Assembly (NCBI GenBank): GCA_963749495.1
Contig: CAVVMW010000007.1
Span: 64,001-128,000 of the forward strand
From: an uncultured bacterium
GTDB lineage: Bacteria > Verrucomicrobiota > Verrucomicrobiia > Limisphaerales > UBA8199
Direction of reading: 5' to 3'
Length of the DNA: 64,000 nt
The notes under the pieces were generated by a model, which worked only from the letters and a program-made list of their open reading frames with translations, made no database searches and was not told where the DNA came from. Position numbers and translations under genes: made by a program. The number at the start of each line of letters is the position of its first letter. Positions within the stretch are counted from its first letter, which is position 1. Of this stretch, positions 1-11,200 are shown in pieces.

Positions 1-271
1 TTCATGTCACCAGAATACTCCTTGAGCGAAATCAGGAAACAAGCGAATTCATGGGGACGGCGCTTTAGACGGAAAGCTCCGAATTATGATCGTTGACGCT
101 GAGAGGCTGGACAGGTGAAAGTTCGAGAAACATCAACCCAAAACGCCATAACTTCGAAAACTGAACCCTTGTCCCGCAGGAGTGTTGTTGAGAACTCGGC
201 CCTTGCCTTCGGCCTGGGGTCGTTGATTGCGGCGGCAAAGGGCTATGCGGCTGGGGTTCACTGCACGCGGC

Positions 272-1055
272 TCACAGCGGTTTGCTGGTGATCAGTCCAA
301 TGCCGCGGCCTTTGCTGCCGCAGGCGCAATAGTAAAGATAGAACGCAGCGTTCTTCGGGTTGTAAACCAGTGAGACCTTGTGCGCGTACTGCTTGTCCAC
401 GCCGCTGGGATTGCCGCCAGCCTTGTAAAGCGGTTCCGGGTGGGCCGCCCAGTGGACCAGGTCACGCGAGAAGGCTGCCATGACGTGGGCGCCGCCGCGG
501 CCCACGCCGAAGTAGAACATAATCCAGTGATCACCGTCCCGGAACACCTTGGGATCGGAGGCGAATTGCGCATCGTATCCACCCTCACGATTGCGAATCA
601 CCGGGTTGGCGGGATACCGCATCCAATTCAGCAGGTCGGTGGAAAAGGCCAACCCGGTCTGCTCAGTGCCGCCGTTGGCCGCGTTATAGAAGTCGAAAGC
701 TCATGAACCACTTATCCGGCTGGCCAGGCAGTTGATAGACACAGGGGCAATCCGTGCTGTGGAATTTCTCGTGCCCAGGAATGTTCGGTTCGGCCGGGAT
801 GACATGCTCCGGCCAGTAATGCCAGCCGCGATAAGGCGCCGCCCACTTGTCGATCGTTTCCCGATCCAGGTCCCAGGCCGCCGTCGGATCGGCGGCTTGG
901 AGCCTGACGAGCGTGGCCAACAGCAGGGAGGCGAGAATGAATGGGGAGGGTAAAAACAGGGTAAATTTCGGCCTCGGGCTGGATGCTGCTTCTGCTTCGC
1001 AAGGAACGTGGGAAGCCGCTGGAAGTTGCCCGTTGTCTTTCGATTTGTGCGCCAT
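272..1055 (-). pseudogene. Secreted five-bladed beta-propeller glycosidase (GH32/GH130-like), internally deleted and out of frame near 690
   Basis: ORF 684-1055 gives a signal-like stretch plus 'DCPCVYQ...WFMSF'; ORF 272-652 gives 'AFSTDLLNW..YPANPVI...SDPKVFRDGDHWIMFYFG...AFSRDLVHW' blade motifs; the central blades are missing. Confidence 0.6.
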
Positions 1056-1074
1056 GGGGTACGGTTTAATCCAG

Positions 1075-1847
1075 GCCAGCGGCCTGCCCAGCTCTCAATG
1101 GGTGCAGTTCCGAGCTGCCGGATTTGCCCAACCCGCCTGCGGAGTCATTTACCGCCTCAAAGACAAAGTGACCAACGGTCTCGCCCTGGGGGCCATCGAT
1201 ACCGGTTGCCTTGACCTGGAGACCAGCGGCCTGCTCGGCTACAACACCATTTATTCGAGACGGACGCCCCCCTCAGTGCCGGGCTGCGAGCCTGGTCGGT
1301 GTTTTTGCCCGGGGCGTTGGTGGATTCCATGCTGCCTGGCGTGGTATTCGAGGTGCGGCTCCGGAACACGACCGACCAGACCCAGCGGGGCACAGTGGCC
1401 TGCTCATTTCCCGGGCCCAGTCCCCTGGAAGCCGGCAGCAGCCAATATGAGCGCAAGCCAGAGCGGGCCGGGCAATTCACCGGGGTAACGGTCAGTTCCA
1501 AACTGGCCTCCTATGCCTTGGGGGTCATCGGCCGGGAGAAGGCCCGGTTCGGCGGCGGGCTCGAAGCGGAGGGCAAAATCAAGGGGTTTTACCCCGTGCT
1601 CAAGCAATGCACCATTCGGACGGCCAATCTGCGGCCGGCCTATCCCCTGGGAGATCGTCTAATCGTGATGCCGGCGGGCAACGTCGGCACCGAATGGTTC
1701 GAGGCCCCCGAGCCCGGCTGGGCGGGCATGACGGCGCACATCGGGGGCCTTCACCTGGCGCAGTTCCGCATCGCGGAGCGGTTCGCCGCGCTGGTTGGAG
1801 ACCAACCCTTCATTCAGGAATCTCCTTTTGGGGCTTGGGGTTCGTGA
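1075..1847 (+). pseudogene. Fragments of a GH116-like glycoside hydrolase
   Basis: Out-of-frame pieces 'NGLALGAIDTGCLDL', 'DSMLPGVVFEVRLRNTT', 'GTEWFE...AHIGGLHLAQFRIAER' resemble parts of GH116-type proteins; far shorter than a full gene. Confidence 0.4.
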
Positions 1848-3520
1848 GTAAAATCGAGGGCATGAACAGCTATTTCGAGATCCTGGCGTGCGCATTGATC
1901 TCCTTTGCTCAATCAGGCTTCGGCGCCGGGGTGGGGATAGAATCTTCAGGAGCGGCTCGCGGCATCTACTTTTCCAAGAAGAGCTACCAACCGGCGCCGC
2001 TGCCCCGGTTTGCCGAGATGCGCGACCGGCTGCCGTCGCCCGTTTTTGGGGAAAGGCCCGAGTGGGTATCCATGTACTGGAAAAGCTGGGAACTGGCATT
2101 CAAGAACTTCCATGAGCCGGCTCCGGGCAGCAGCTATGTTTCCCAGTTTATCGATGCCGCGTTCAACCAAAATATCTTTTTGTGGGACACCTGTTTCATG
2201 ACGATGTTCTGCAATTGCGCACACCCGCTGGTTCCGGGCATCGCTTCGCTGGACAATTTCTACGCCAGGCAGCACGAAGATGGAGAAATCTGCCGTGAGA
2301 TCGACCGGGGCACCGGCAATGATTATGTCGAATGGGTGAACCGCGAGGGGGGGCAGCTTTTCAGCCGGTGGGGGTGGACGGGCGTTCGCAATGAGCCGGT
2401 GATTTATCAAGGGCGTCCGGCGCCGCAGCCGCCTCCCGACCTCACGCTCGACGCCTTGAACCACCCGATCCTGGCCTGGGCCGAACTGGAGAGCTATCAC
2501 ATCACGGGCGACCGCGAGCGGCTTGGCAGGGTTTATGAGCCGCTGGTGCGCTATTACCGCGCGCTCCAAAAGTATTTGCGCCAAGGCAACGGGCTTTATA
2601 TGACCGACTGGGCGAGCATGGACAACTCGCCTCGGAACGCGTTCCTGAAGGGCGGCGGCTGCGCCATTGACACGTCCAGCCAGATGGCGCTCTTTGGCCG
2701 CAACCTCGCCACGATTGCCGAATCCTTGGGCAAGGCCCCCGAGGCAGCAGGATTTGCGCGCGAAGCCGACGAACTGGGCGCGGCGATCAATGCCCTGATG
2801 TGGGACCCGGCGCGGCGTTTCTATTTCGACCTGACGCTTGAGGGCAAACGCGCGCCTGTGAAGACGATTGCGGGATTCTGGCCGCTCCTGGCCGGCGTAG
2901 CCTCCGCCGCTCAGGCCGACGACCTCGTGATGGAACTGGAGAATCCCGCGACATTCAATCGCTTGCACCGGGCGCCTACACTGGCCGCCGACCAGGCCGG
3001 CTACGACCCGGCGGGCGGCTACTGGCGCGGGGCCGTTTGGGCGCCGACAACCACGATGGTGATCCGCGGGCTTGAACACTACGGGCGCGGCGCTTTGGGA
3101 CGCGAGATTGCCCTGAATCACCTCGCCGCCATGGGTGAGGTCTTTCAGAAGACCGGGACGGTTTGGGAGAATTACGCCCCGGATGCTCCGGCCCCAGGCC
3201 GCCCGGCAAAATCGGACTTCGTCGGATGGAGCGGCATCGGGCCGATACTCTATCTCCTGGAATTTGCCATTGGCCTCAAGCCGGACGCGGCTTCCAACAC
3301 ATTGGTGTGGGAGGTGGCTTCGGCGAAACCGCTGGGTGTCGAACGGTTCCGATTCAACGGACACGTTGTCTCGCTCAAGGCAGAACCTGCAGGCGGCGAT
3401 AGGCCGTCGCTCAAGTTGTCGGTCGCCTCGGATGGGCCCTTCAAGCTCCTGGTCCGGCACGCAGGGCAGGAGGAAAACTACTCGGTTCCCAAGGGACAAA
3501 GCGCATTTCGTTTAGACTGA
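1844..3520 (+). CDS. Secreted (alpha/alpha)6-barrel glycoside hydrolase, GH63/trehalase (MGH1)-like
   Basis: Signal peptide, 'IFLWDTCF', 'MDNSPR', 'YWRGAVWAP', 'WENY', 'DFVGW' motifs; start GTG 1844 or ATG 1862. Confidence 0.8.
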   Translation: MSKIEGMNSYFEILACALISFAQSGFGAGVGIESSGAARGIYFSKKSYQPAPLPRFAEMRDRLPSPVFGERPEWVSMYWKSWELAFKNFHEPAPGSSYVSQFIDAAFNQNIFLWDTCFMTMFCNCAHPLVPGIASLDNFYARQHEDGEICREIDRGTGNDYVEWVNREGGQLFSRWGWTGVRNEPVIYQGRPAPQPPPDLTLDALNHPILAWAELESYHITGDRERLGRVYEPLVRYYRALQKYLRQGNGLYMTDWASMDNSPRNAFLKGGGCAIDTSSQMALFGRNLATIAESLGKAPEAAGFAREADELGAAINALMWDPARRFYFDLTLEGKRAPVKTIAGFWPLLAGVASAAQADDLVMELENPATFNRLHRAPTLAADQAGYDPAGGYWRGAVWAPTTTMVIRGLEHYGRGALGREIALNHLAAMGEVFQKTGTVWENYAPDAPAPGRPAKSDFVGWSGIGPILYLLEFAIGLKPDAASNTLVWEVASAKPLGVERFRFNGHVVSLKAEPAGGDRPSLKLSVASDGPFKLLVRHAGQEENYSVPKGQSAFRLD

Positions 3521-3609
3521 AGAGGCAAACCAGGCGGCCTCAGGGCGCGTCGGACTGCACACCCAGAATGGCGCCCGGCACTGGACCTTGAGGATAGACG
3601 TGCGGCAGT

Positions 3610-4110
3610 TCATCCATCGCCCGGCGGCTTATTCGATAATCGCGCGCCAGGATGTCCAGGAAACCCGGATCGGGTGATAAACCGGTGGGGCCAGGGGACT
3701 CGGTAAACCAGCCGGTCACCCTCCACCCTTTGCCAACCGGTCAGCCGGTCGGCGCCCGTGAGCACGATGTGCGCCCCAGGAGCGGCCTGGAAACGGATCG
3801 GCTTTTCCGCCGTGCCGCTCATTTTGACCACGATTCGTTCCCGGTAAACACCGTCCCTGATTAAAACTACGTCCCCGGGCTCAGCATTCTCGGCGACTTT
3901 GGTGAGGCTCTTCCACGGCCGCTCCGCGGTGCTTGGCCCATCATCGCCGGCCTTCGGGTCGCGTTGGGCCACAGTGTAGGTCGTGGCTCGAAGCGAAATG
4001 CCTGTAAAGGTCAAAAGCAGGCTGGCGCACACCAGACAACGTGGGAGCATTGTAAGACAAAAAGCCAAAACCAGCCGCTCGGCGGGACATTCTGGAATCT
4101 GCATGACCAA
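3610..4110 (-). pseudogene. N-terminal fragment of a secreted right-handed beta-helix (DUF1565-like) protein
   Basis: 'TYTVAQ..GDDGPSTAERPWKSL..AEPGDVVLIRDGVYRE..SGTAEKPIRFQA..LTGAD' then abrupt loss of similarity. Confidence 0.6.
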
Positions 4111-4199
4111 CGGGTATAGAGCCGTGCAGGGCCGGGTTCAAGCTCCGGTTCCCTTGACACGCACCTGTGCTTCAGCCAGCCTGCGCTTCCGCATGAGCA

Positions 4200-4760
4200 A
4201 GGTCCAAAATCATCTGGAAGGTATTGAGGCAAATCACCCAAACTGGCAGCCGTTTCTCTGCCTGCCAGGTCGGAGTGAGCGCCACCAGCGCGCACTATCT
4301 GACCATCCAAAACTGCGAGATGGCCTATTCCGGGGCCTATGGCGTCCATCTGAACGGATCTGGGCAGGATACGGGAGGACACTGGAACCCGGCCGACGAG
4401 TGCCGTTACGTCGAGGTGCGGAATTGCTATCTGCACGACGCGGGATGGAACGTGAAGGGCACGGAAGGCTACGGCGTCACCGCCAATGGCGCGGCGGAGT
4501 ACCTGGTCATCGAGAACTGCCAGATCAATAACAACAGCGGCAACGGCATCCTTTATGAGGATTCGTGAACAACCTCTGGGACAAGCCTTACGAGCGTGAC
4601 GCGCAGGCCAAAACGGGCGATCCCCTTTTCGTCGATCCCAAAGCCGACAGCCCGGAAGGGTATAAGCTCCGGAGCACGTCCGCGGCCCGAGGCCAGGGCA
4701 TGCTCCTGTATGAAAACCCGGTGGACTTCTGGAACGGCCAGCGCCCTTATCGGTTACGAC
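4200..4760 (+). pseudogene. Fragments of a parallel beta-helix protein
   Basis: 'YLTIQNCEMAYSGAYGVHL', 'YLVIENCQINNNSGNGI' and C-terminal 'GDPLFVDP...YKLRSTSAARGQG' in different frames. Confidence 0.45.
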
Positions 4761-4848
4761 CAACCCTCGAAGGCCAGCAAGTTCGAGAAGAAAAAGACAT
4801 GCAGTTGTGCGACAGAGAGTGAGTGCGGACACCACGAAACGCCGGCAA

Positions 4849-5456
4849 GATGGAAAGCAACATCCTACCTATGAACGAAATCAGCATCCCTCTGGAAACC
4901 CTCGCCACATTAACCGCGCTCGAAGGCCGGCCGCTCGCACGCGACGCGAGCCCGGAAACGCTGTGCGCCGACATTGGCTCGCGCTATGACTTTCTGGCCC
5001 GACCCCTCTCGGTTCAGCTCGAGGATGCACGGGTGCTCATCCGGTGGGCCGAGGAATCCAAGGAGGACGTGGCCCAGGCCGCCCGGCTCCTGGAGCGGGC
5101 TGGCCGGCGTGCGCAAAGCGGGGAGTACCGAGCGGGTGGCGGTCCTTTGCCGGCAGGCCCTGCGGTTCCAACCCTCGTTGCACGCCGCCCGGCGCGAGCT
5201 GGCACGCGCGTACGTCGAAACGGGCGACCGCGGCAACGGCCTAGCCACGCTGTGGCAGGCCCTTCGGGCGGACCCGGGTGAAGCGGGGATTGGTGTGGTC
5301 GATTTCGAAGAGGAAGACCATGCCTGGGTCCAGGTCGCCTGGACCCATGGCCGGGACCGCCACCTGGTCGGCGGCCCACCTTCTCTCGCGGAGCCCGTGC
5401 GGCTCCATCTCCTGGCCCAACAACTGCTCCGTGTCCAGTTGGAATCGGAGGCTTAG
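4849..5456 (+). pseudogene. TPR-containing protein remnant (frameshifted/deleted)
   Basis: Helical TPR-like 'RQALRFQPSLHAARRELARAYVETGD..LWQALRADP' split across frames. Confidence 0.45.
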
Positions 5457-5657
5457 GCGGTGGAAATAAATAAAGGTAGCAACCTGCCTTGTTCTTTTGC
5501 CGCCCAGCTTCGTTGTTCACTCGTTGCAGATCACTGGATATGCGCCTCGTTCACGCCTCGCTGGGCGCCAAAATCCCGGCGGCATCTTGCCACCTTTATT
5601 TATTTCCACCGCCTTACCACGACCGGGGACGGCGCTCAATAGAACCCTTGGCTCGCA

Positions 5658-7235
5658 TCACCTCCCGCGCGCGCGCAGCCGTTCGAGCGCGGCGGCCAGC
5701 AGGTCATCGTGGCCGGATGTGAAGGCGCCGGGCTTGGGGTCGAACCGCACTTGGGGCTGAAAGCCCCGCTCGTCCAGTGGCGTGCCATCGGGCAGGTAAT
5801 CGATCCAGCGCGGCACGCTCACCGTCATGTCCAGCGCCAGGTGGATGCTTTCCGGATTGCCGCTCGACCCGCAGGTATGGTCTCCCATGATGACTGCATC
5901 CGGGTCGCCGCTCATCATGGCGACGAACGACTCGTTGCTGCTCATGCATTTCTGCCCAATCAACAAAATCACCGGGCGCTCATAGCGCCAGGGTCCGCGC
6001 GGCCCGACGCTGCGCGGGCGCAGGTCGGTCAGGTCGTTGTGACCGGGGCCGTTGCGGACTTTGCTGTAGCCATAGACGAACTCCGTGGCCAGGAACCGGC
6101 CGGCAACCTCTTGGGCCAGGTCTTCACTGCCTCCGCCGTTGAGGCGCACGTCCAAAACGAGCCCCCGCGTATCGCGCATCTCCTCGAGTGCGGCGTCGCA
6201 CACCGACGGGATGCTCGCATCACTCCAACCGGAAATCGCCAGGAACCCGATCTGATCCGCCGTGGCCACCCACCGGACCACCCCGTCCTCTTTCAACTCC
6301 CCGACAAGGGCGCGGTGCGCCTCCGGATTCGAGTTGGCCGAGCGCGGGCGGTTGAACACCGGCACATTCCGGCCCGCCACCGTGAGCCACACGTGCAAAT
6401 CGCGCAGCGGCTTGAGCATCGTCGCGCAGACCTGGGCAAACTCTTCGGTCGTTTTGCAGTCGAGGGCTTTAGGGCGGTATTGGCGGCGGAGTTGTGCCCA
6501 ATCCACCTCGGGCCGCAGGGCGAACATCGCGTAGTCGCGGTCGAATGCCTCCCACAACTGATCGAAGGCCTGCTCCGCCAACTCCGGCGTCAATGACGGC
6601 GCCTCCTTCAGGGGCCGCCCGGCGAAGGCGGGCACGTACTTAGCCGTGCGCGCCTCGGTATCCACAACGAAGAAGCGGCGCGGACCTCCGGCGGTGTCCG
6701 CGTCCACTGTCAGGTCCTTTGGTTCCGGGATCATCGCCTGCCCGCCCGCGTGCCAGCTCGACGAGAATTTATGGGCCGCGATCCCGCGCGCCTGGGCCAT
6801 CAGGCCAGGGTCGCCCGCGGCTGATGCCACGGTGTCGGGCGGGAACAGCCGGTTGATTTCCTTGGGATGAAAACGCAGCCAGACGTGGGCCACGGCCTCC
6901 GGTTGGTTTTTCACTTCGCTGGTCAGTTTGCCGCCCTCGCGCGGGATGAGCACGGCCCAAACCACCCCGTCGGCGCAATGGCCCACCGCGAGGTCCGATG
7001 GGCCCGCTTCCACGCGAAAACCGTCGCCGACGGCGAACGTGAACCGCAACACGCGGTACACGTCTGCCTCGGTGAACTCCCAGGTCCGTGCCCGGTCAGG
7101 CTGGGCATCGCCCGCTGTCAGCGTCGTGGGATAGCGGTCGAGCAAGTTGACGGATTGGCCGTGAGCCAAGAGCCCCGCCAGGACAACCAGGCACGCCAAC
7201 CCGGACGTTTCGTGCCTCAGGTGGCGCGCGCTCAC
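5658..7235 (-). CDS. Secreted S41-family (tricorn-core/tail-specific) peptidase with an N-terminal unassigned shared domain
   Basis: Tricorn-C1-like 'AFDQLWEAFDRDYAMF..VDW...LRDLHV', 'LDVRLNGGG', catalytic 'CMSSNESF', 'GDHTCG'; in-frame GTG at 7235 overlaps the upstream stop (GTGA). Confidence 0.85.
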   Translation of the reverse strand: MSARHLRHETSGLACLVVLAGLLAHGQSVNLLDRYPTTLTAGDAQPDRARTWEFTEADVYRVLRFTFAVGDGFRVEAGPSDLAVGHCADGVVWAVLIPREGGKLTSEVKNQPEAVAHVWLRFHPKEINRLFPPDTVASAAGDPGLMAQARGIAAHKFSSSWHAGGQAMIPEPKDLTVDADTAGGPRRFFVVDTEARTAKYVPAFAGRPLKEAPSLTPELAEQAFDQLWEAFDRDYAMFALRPEVDWAQLRRQYRPKALDCKTTEEFAQVCATMLKPLRDLHVWLTVAGRNVPVFNRPRSANSNPEAHRALVGELKEDGVVRWVATADQIGFLAISGWSDASIPSVCDAALEEMRDTRGLVLDVRLNGGGSEDLAQEVAGRFLATEFVYGYSKVRNGPGHNDLTDLRPRSVGPRGPWRYERPVILLIGQKCMSSNESFVAMMSGDPDAVIMGDHTCGSSGNPESIHLALDMTVSVPRWIDYLPDGTPLDERGFQPQVRFDPKPGAFTSGHDDLLAAALERLRARGR

Positions 7236-8215
7236 TTTGTCGTAAAGCTGATGCTCGACAGTTGGGCCGGCACACCCTCGGCACTGCGGAAGTTCCGAAA
7301 GCTCGGCGCGTTGATGCCGACCCGGTAGTGGTGGCCACTCTCGAGATTCACGGGCAGGACGCACGTCCTGCTGTCCTTCCAATGCGCCCTCTGACCTTGG
7401 GGGGACGGCGGAAACTCCGGCCCGCCGCCGGTCCACGAGAATCCGCCTCCCATGTCCTGATCGAAGGTCACTGTAATCTCCTTCAGGCCGGGATCCACAT
7501 CTGTCGCGCCGTTCGGGGGAGACGTGGAAACGACCTTGGGCGCTCCCCCTGGCTGGCTGGCGCCGGAGGTCATAGATATGCGAGCAGGTTGCCCTTCAAA
7601 CGCTCCGACGTATTCGGCCGTCTTGGCCTGGGTGTCCACCATAAAAAATCGGCGCGGACCGGATTTGGCGTCCACGTCCACCGTCATGGCCTGGGGTTCA
7701 GGGATCATGGCTCTGCCGCTTGAATAATAGCTCCCGCTGAATTTGACCCCCGCGATGCGGCGCATCTGGCTGGCGAGATTGTTGGTCCCCTCCCGGACCG
7801 TGCTGGGCGGGAACAAATGGTTGATCTCCTTGGGGTGAAATCGCAGCCAGATATGGGCAATCTCCTCCTCCGCCTCGCTGCCTTGGCGGGTGAGCTTGCC
7901 GCCCTGGGCTGGGATGAGGATGGCCCAGGTCGCGCCGACCGAGCAATGGCCGATGCCGAGCGTGGCCGGGCCGGTCTCCACCTTCAACTGGTCGCCGACC
8001 ACGAGGCGGAAACGCGAGACCTGGAACAGGTCGTTCGTGGTGAAGGTCCAGGGGCGGGCGTTGGCCGACCCGAGGAGGCCCTTGGTCAGACTCGTGGGAT
8101 AGCGCTCGAGCAAATCCACCGCCCTGGCCGGCATGGACAGAGTGGCGGCCAGCCCCAGCAGGGCCGCGCCGAGCGTGAGTTTTGGAATGGGATTCGTCAG
8201 GTTCTTCATGTTCAA
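7232..8215 (-). CDS. Secreted protein: unassigned shared domain plus Ig-like (Big_5/SbsA-like) domain
   Basis: Signal peptide ending 'PARA'; C-terminal 'PKVVSTSPPNGATDVDP..EITVTFDQDM'. Confidence 0.8.
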   Translation of the reverse strand: MNMKNLTNPIPKLTLGAALLGLAATLSMPARAVDLLERYPTSLTKGLLGSANARPWTFTTNDLFQVSRFRLVVGDQLKVETGPATLGIGHCSVGATWAILIPAQGGKLTRQGSEAEEEIAHIWLRFHPKEINHLFPPSTVREGTNNLASQMRRIAGVKFSGSYYSSGRAMIPEPQAMTVDVDAKSGPRRFFMVDTQAKTAEYVGAFEGQPARISMTSGASQPGGAPKVVSTSPPNGATDVDPGLKEITVTFDQDMGGGFSWTGGGPEFPPSPQGQRAHWKDSRTCVLPVNLESGHHYRVGINAPSFRNFRSAEGVPAQLSSISFTTK

Positions 8216-8257
8216 CGTTCCTTTAGTGGTTCTTATTGCAGTGTCGGAGCAGTCACT

Positions 8258-11200
8258 TCAATTCAATCCCGAGCTGGTGGTGCCATTGGGGCCGTGCCAC
8301 CCGATGCGGCCGGACATTCGGCCGTTGCTGCCGTCGCTGATCCGCAGGAATCGTTGCTCGTCAGGCTGCGGCTCCTGCTTAAAAAAGAGCGGCTTCGCGC
8401 CGCCGCCCGCGGCCACCGGGGGCTGAAACGCGCTGTCGGCAAGATGCTGGTTCAGGTCCTGGAAGTCGAACCGGACTATCTGGCAGCCATTCGGATGGTA
8501 TTGGACGATTTGCCGGGGCAGGAGCGTCTCTTCATCGATCCACCATTGCGTGAGCGTCGCGAATACAAAGTGCTCCTGGCGGACATCCCACTTTTCAAGC
8601 CGGTGGCAGCGCCGTCCTTCCAGGATGGCGTCGCTTGCCCTGACCAACTCCGCTTCCCCCAGCGCCTCCTCAACCGAGCGATCCGCCAGACCAAACGGGT
8701 CCAGGAGCGCGACTTGTTTTTCGGCCTCCGCCGCGGGCGTCTGTTCCAGCCGTTTCTCGCCTTTGTCATCCTCCGAATACAGCCAACACGTCTGGCCGTC
8801 GCAGCCCAAAATGAACGCCGCGCTCATCAACATTGGGCCGGAGATGTCCGCACACACCTGGTCCTGTCCCTGCCATTTGAACGTCGCCGTTTGGGCCCCG
8901 ATGCTGGTGAACGAGTTCTTCCCCACCTGCAGGTCGATAGTCTGCACGGTCTCGACGCCGGAGTTCAACCGCGCGCGCGCCTCCTTCATCGAGGTGAGCA
9001 GCTTCTGCAAACCGGCATCCTTCGCCGCGGCCTTGGCGCGTTCCACCTGCCGGGCGTCCAGGCTCTCGGTGCTGGTTTGGTAATGCAGCACCACCGGATC
9101 GCTGGCCACCCCTTCCTCGCTATAAAACCCCTTGACCGTCAATCGCACGTCGTCATCCGGCCGCAACAACGCCGGAAAGGTGAACCGATGCGCGGTTGAA
9201 TCATAGTCAAAGCCAGGCAGCAGGCTTGGGCCTTGCATCATCTGTTTGGACTCCACGTAAGGAAACATCCCCTCGGGCGGCCGCATCGGCCGATCGAAGG
9301 CCACCTCGACGAGGGTCAACACCGGTGTCGTGGCGCCCAAGGCCGGCGTGGCGCTCACCACGCGGGGCTTGCCGGCGCCGTCTTTGGACGCCGCCGGCTT
9401 GGTCGAGAAGCTCCAGCGAAACTCATTGGCGGCCACCCCGTGCGCGTCCACAAAACCGTCTCTGGGCCGGGACATGAGTTGCTGCTTGAGTTCCGGCCTC
9501 CTGCCGGAGCGTACCCACATCTCCCGGCCTTGATCATGATTGAGCACCAGCTTGTGTTGCTGCCCTGGCGTCAACCGCACCGGGATAATGAACTCTTTGT
9601 GGTCGGCTGCAACCTGGATGCCGCCATTGAGCTGAAAACCGCCCGCCTGCCATTCGAGTTTCACGTGATACGGGTTCATGGGCCGATCGAAACGAATTCG
9701 CAATTCCGTGGCCGCCTCCACGGCCTTGGCCCCGTTTGCCGGCGCGACGGCAACGACTCGGGCGCAATTCGTGTCCACCTCGGGTTCCTCAGCCGGCTGG
9801 GCGGCCGCCGGAACGCCCTGCCCGGCGAAGCCCGCCGCGTATTCCGCCGTCTGCGCCTCCTTGTCCACCATGAAGAAACGGCGCGGGCCGCCGGTGGTGT
9901 CCACGTCCACCGTCATGTCCTTGGGTTCGGGGATCATGGCGTTGTTCCCCGCGTGCCAACTCGAGTGGAACTTGGCCCCGGCGATGCCGCGCATCTGCTC
10001 CTCCAGGTCGGTCGAGCCGGCGCCCGAAACCGTGTCAGCCGGGAAAATGCCGCCGATTTCGGCCGGATGAAACCTCAGCCAGACATGCGCGATCGTCTCC
10101 TGCCCGGCCTCGGCCGGACTGGTCAACTTCCCCTCCTCGCGCGGAATCAGGACGCCCCAAACCGCCCCGTCGGCGCAATGGCCAATGCCCAGGTCCGAGA
10201 CCCCAGTCTCGACCCGGAATTTCTTCCCCACCTCCAGCGAAAATCGAGTCACCTGGAAAATATCTTCCGCGGTGAATTGCCATGGCCGGGCCCGGCCCGG
10301 CACGGCATCCCCGGCGGTCAATTTCGTCGGGTACTTCTCCAGCAGGTTGATCCCCTTGGCCTGACGTTCCTCGCGCGCGTTGGTCAATGCCAGGCCCGCG
10401 ATGAGCATGGCCACAGCGCACGCCGCCCAGGGCCCACGAGGTCCGGTGCCGCCCCGGGCGATGGCCCGGATGCGCTCCTTGATCTGCGCCTTGCCTTCGC
10501 CAATCCCAACCAGGCCCGGAAGAACGGCCCGCGGCTGCGTGAGCTGATCGAGCACCTTCAGCACCGTCTCCCCATAGGAACTGCGCTCCCCTTGCGGCCT
10601 ACGCGACAGGGCCAGTTCGTCCGTCGCCAACTCCCGGTCCCCTCGCATCCGGGCGAACGCGAACCAGAGCACAGGGTTGAACCAATGCACGATTTGCAGG
10701 ACGCCCATCAACCAGTTCAGTTCCGCGTCCCGCCGCTTGATGTGCGCCAATTCGTGCAGCAGCACGTGGCGAAGCTCCTCCGGCGAGAGGCTCTCGCGCA
10801 AACCGTCCGGCAGCAACAGCCGCTTGCACCACAGCCCATAGACCGCCGGACTTTCCACCTCCTCGGTTTCGATCACCCGCGGACGCTTGTTCACGCCCAG
10901 TGACTCGGCGCACTCCCTGAGCAGTTGGCCCACCCGCTCATCCGGCACGGGCACATAGCTGGAGAGCCGCCGGCGAAAACGCTGGTCCAACCAGATCAGA
11001 CGCACGCTCAGCACCAACACCCCCGCAAGCCAGGCCGCCGCCGCCAGTCCCATCCAGTCTCTTGGCTCCGCGGACGGCAGTGCGGCAGCCCGTTCCTGCC
11101 CCGCGGGCCTTGGCTGAGCCAAACCCGCTTGCGGAATCGGTTCCGCCTGCGGACCACGCAGAAATCCCGATTCATCTCTCCCTTTCTGCGTCGTCCGCGC

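Noticed and set aside
7236..7436. Extended N-terminus of the S41 peptidase ORF
   Set aside because: Overlaps the upstream gene; the GTG at 7235 gives a coupled start followed by a signal-like peptide
6612..10350. Repeated domain as template/variable repeats of a diversity-generating retroelement
   Set aside because: No reverse transcriptase; the copies are long, all coding, and diverge generally rather than at adenines
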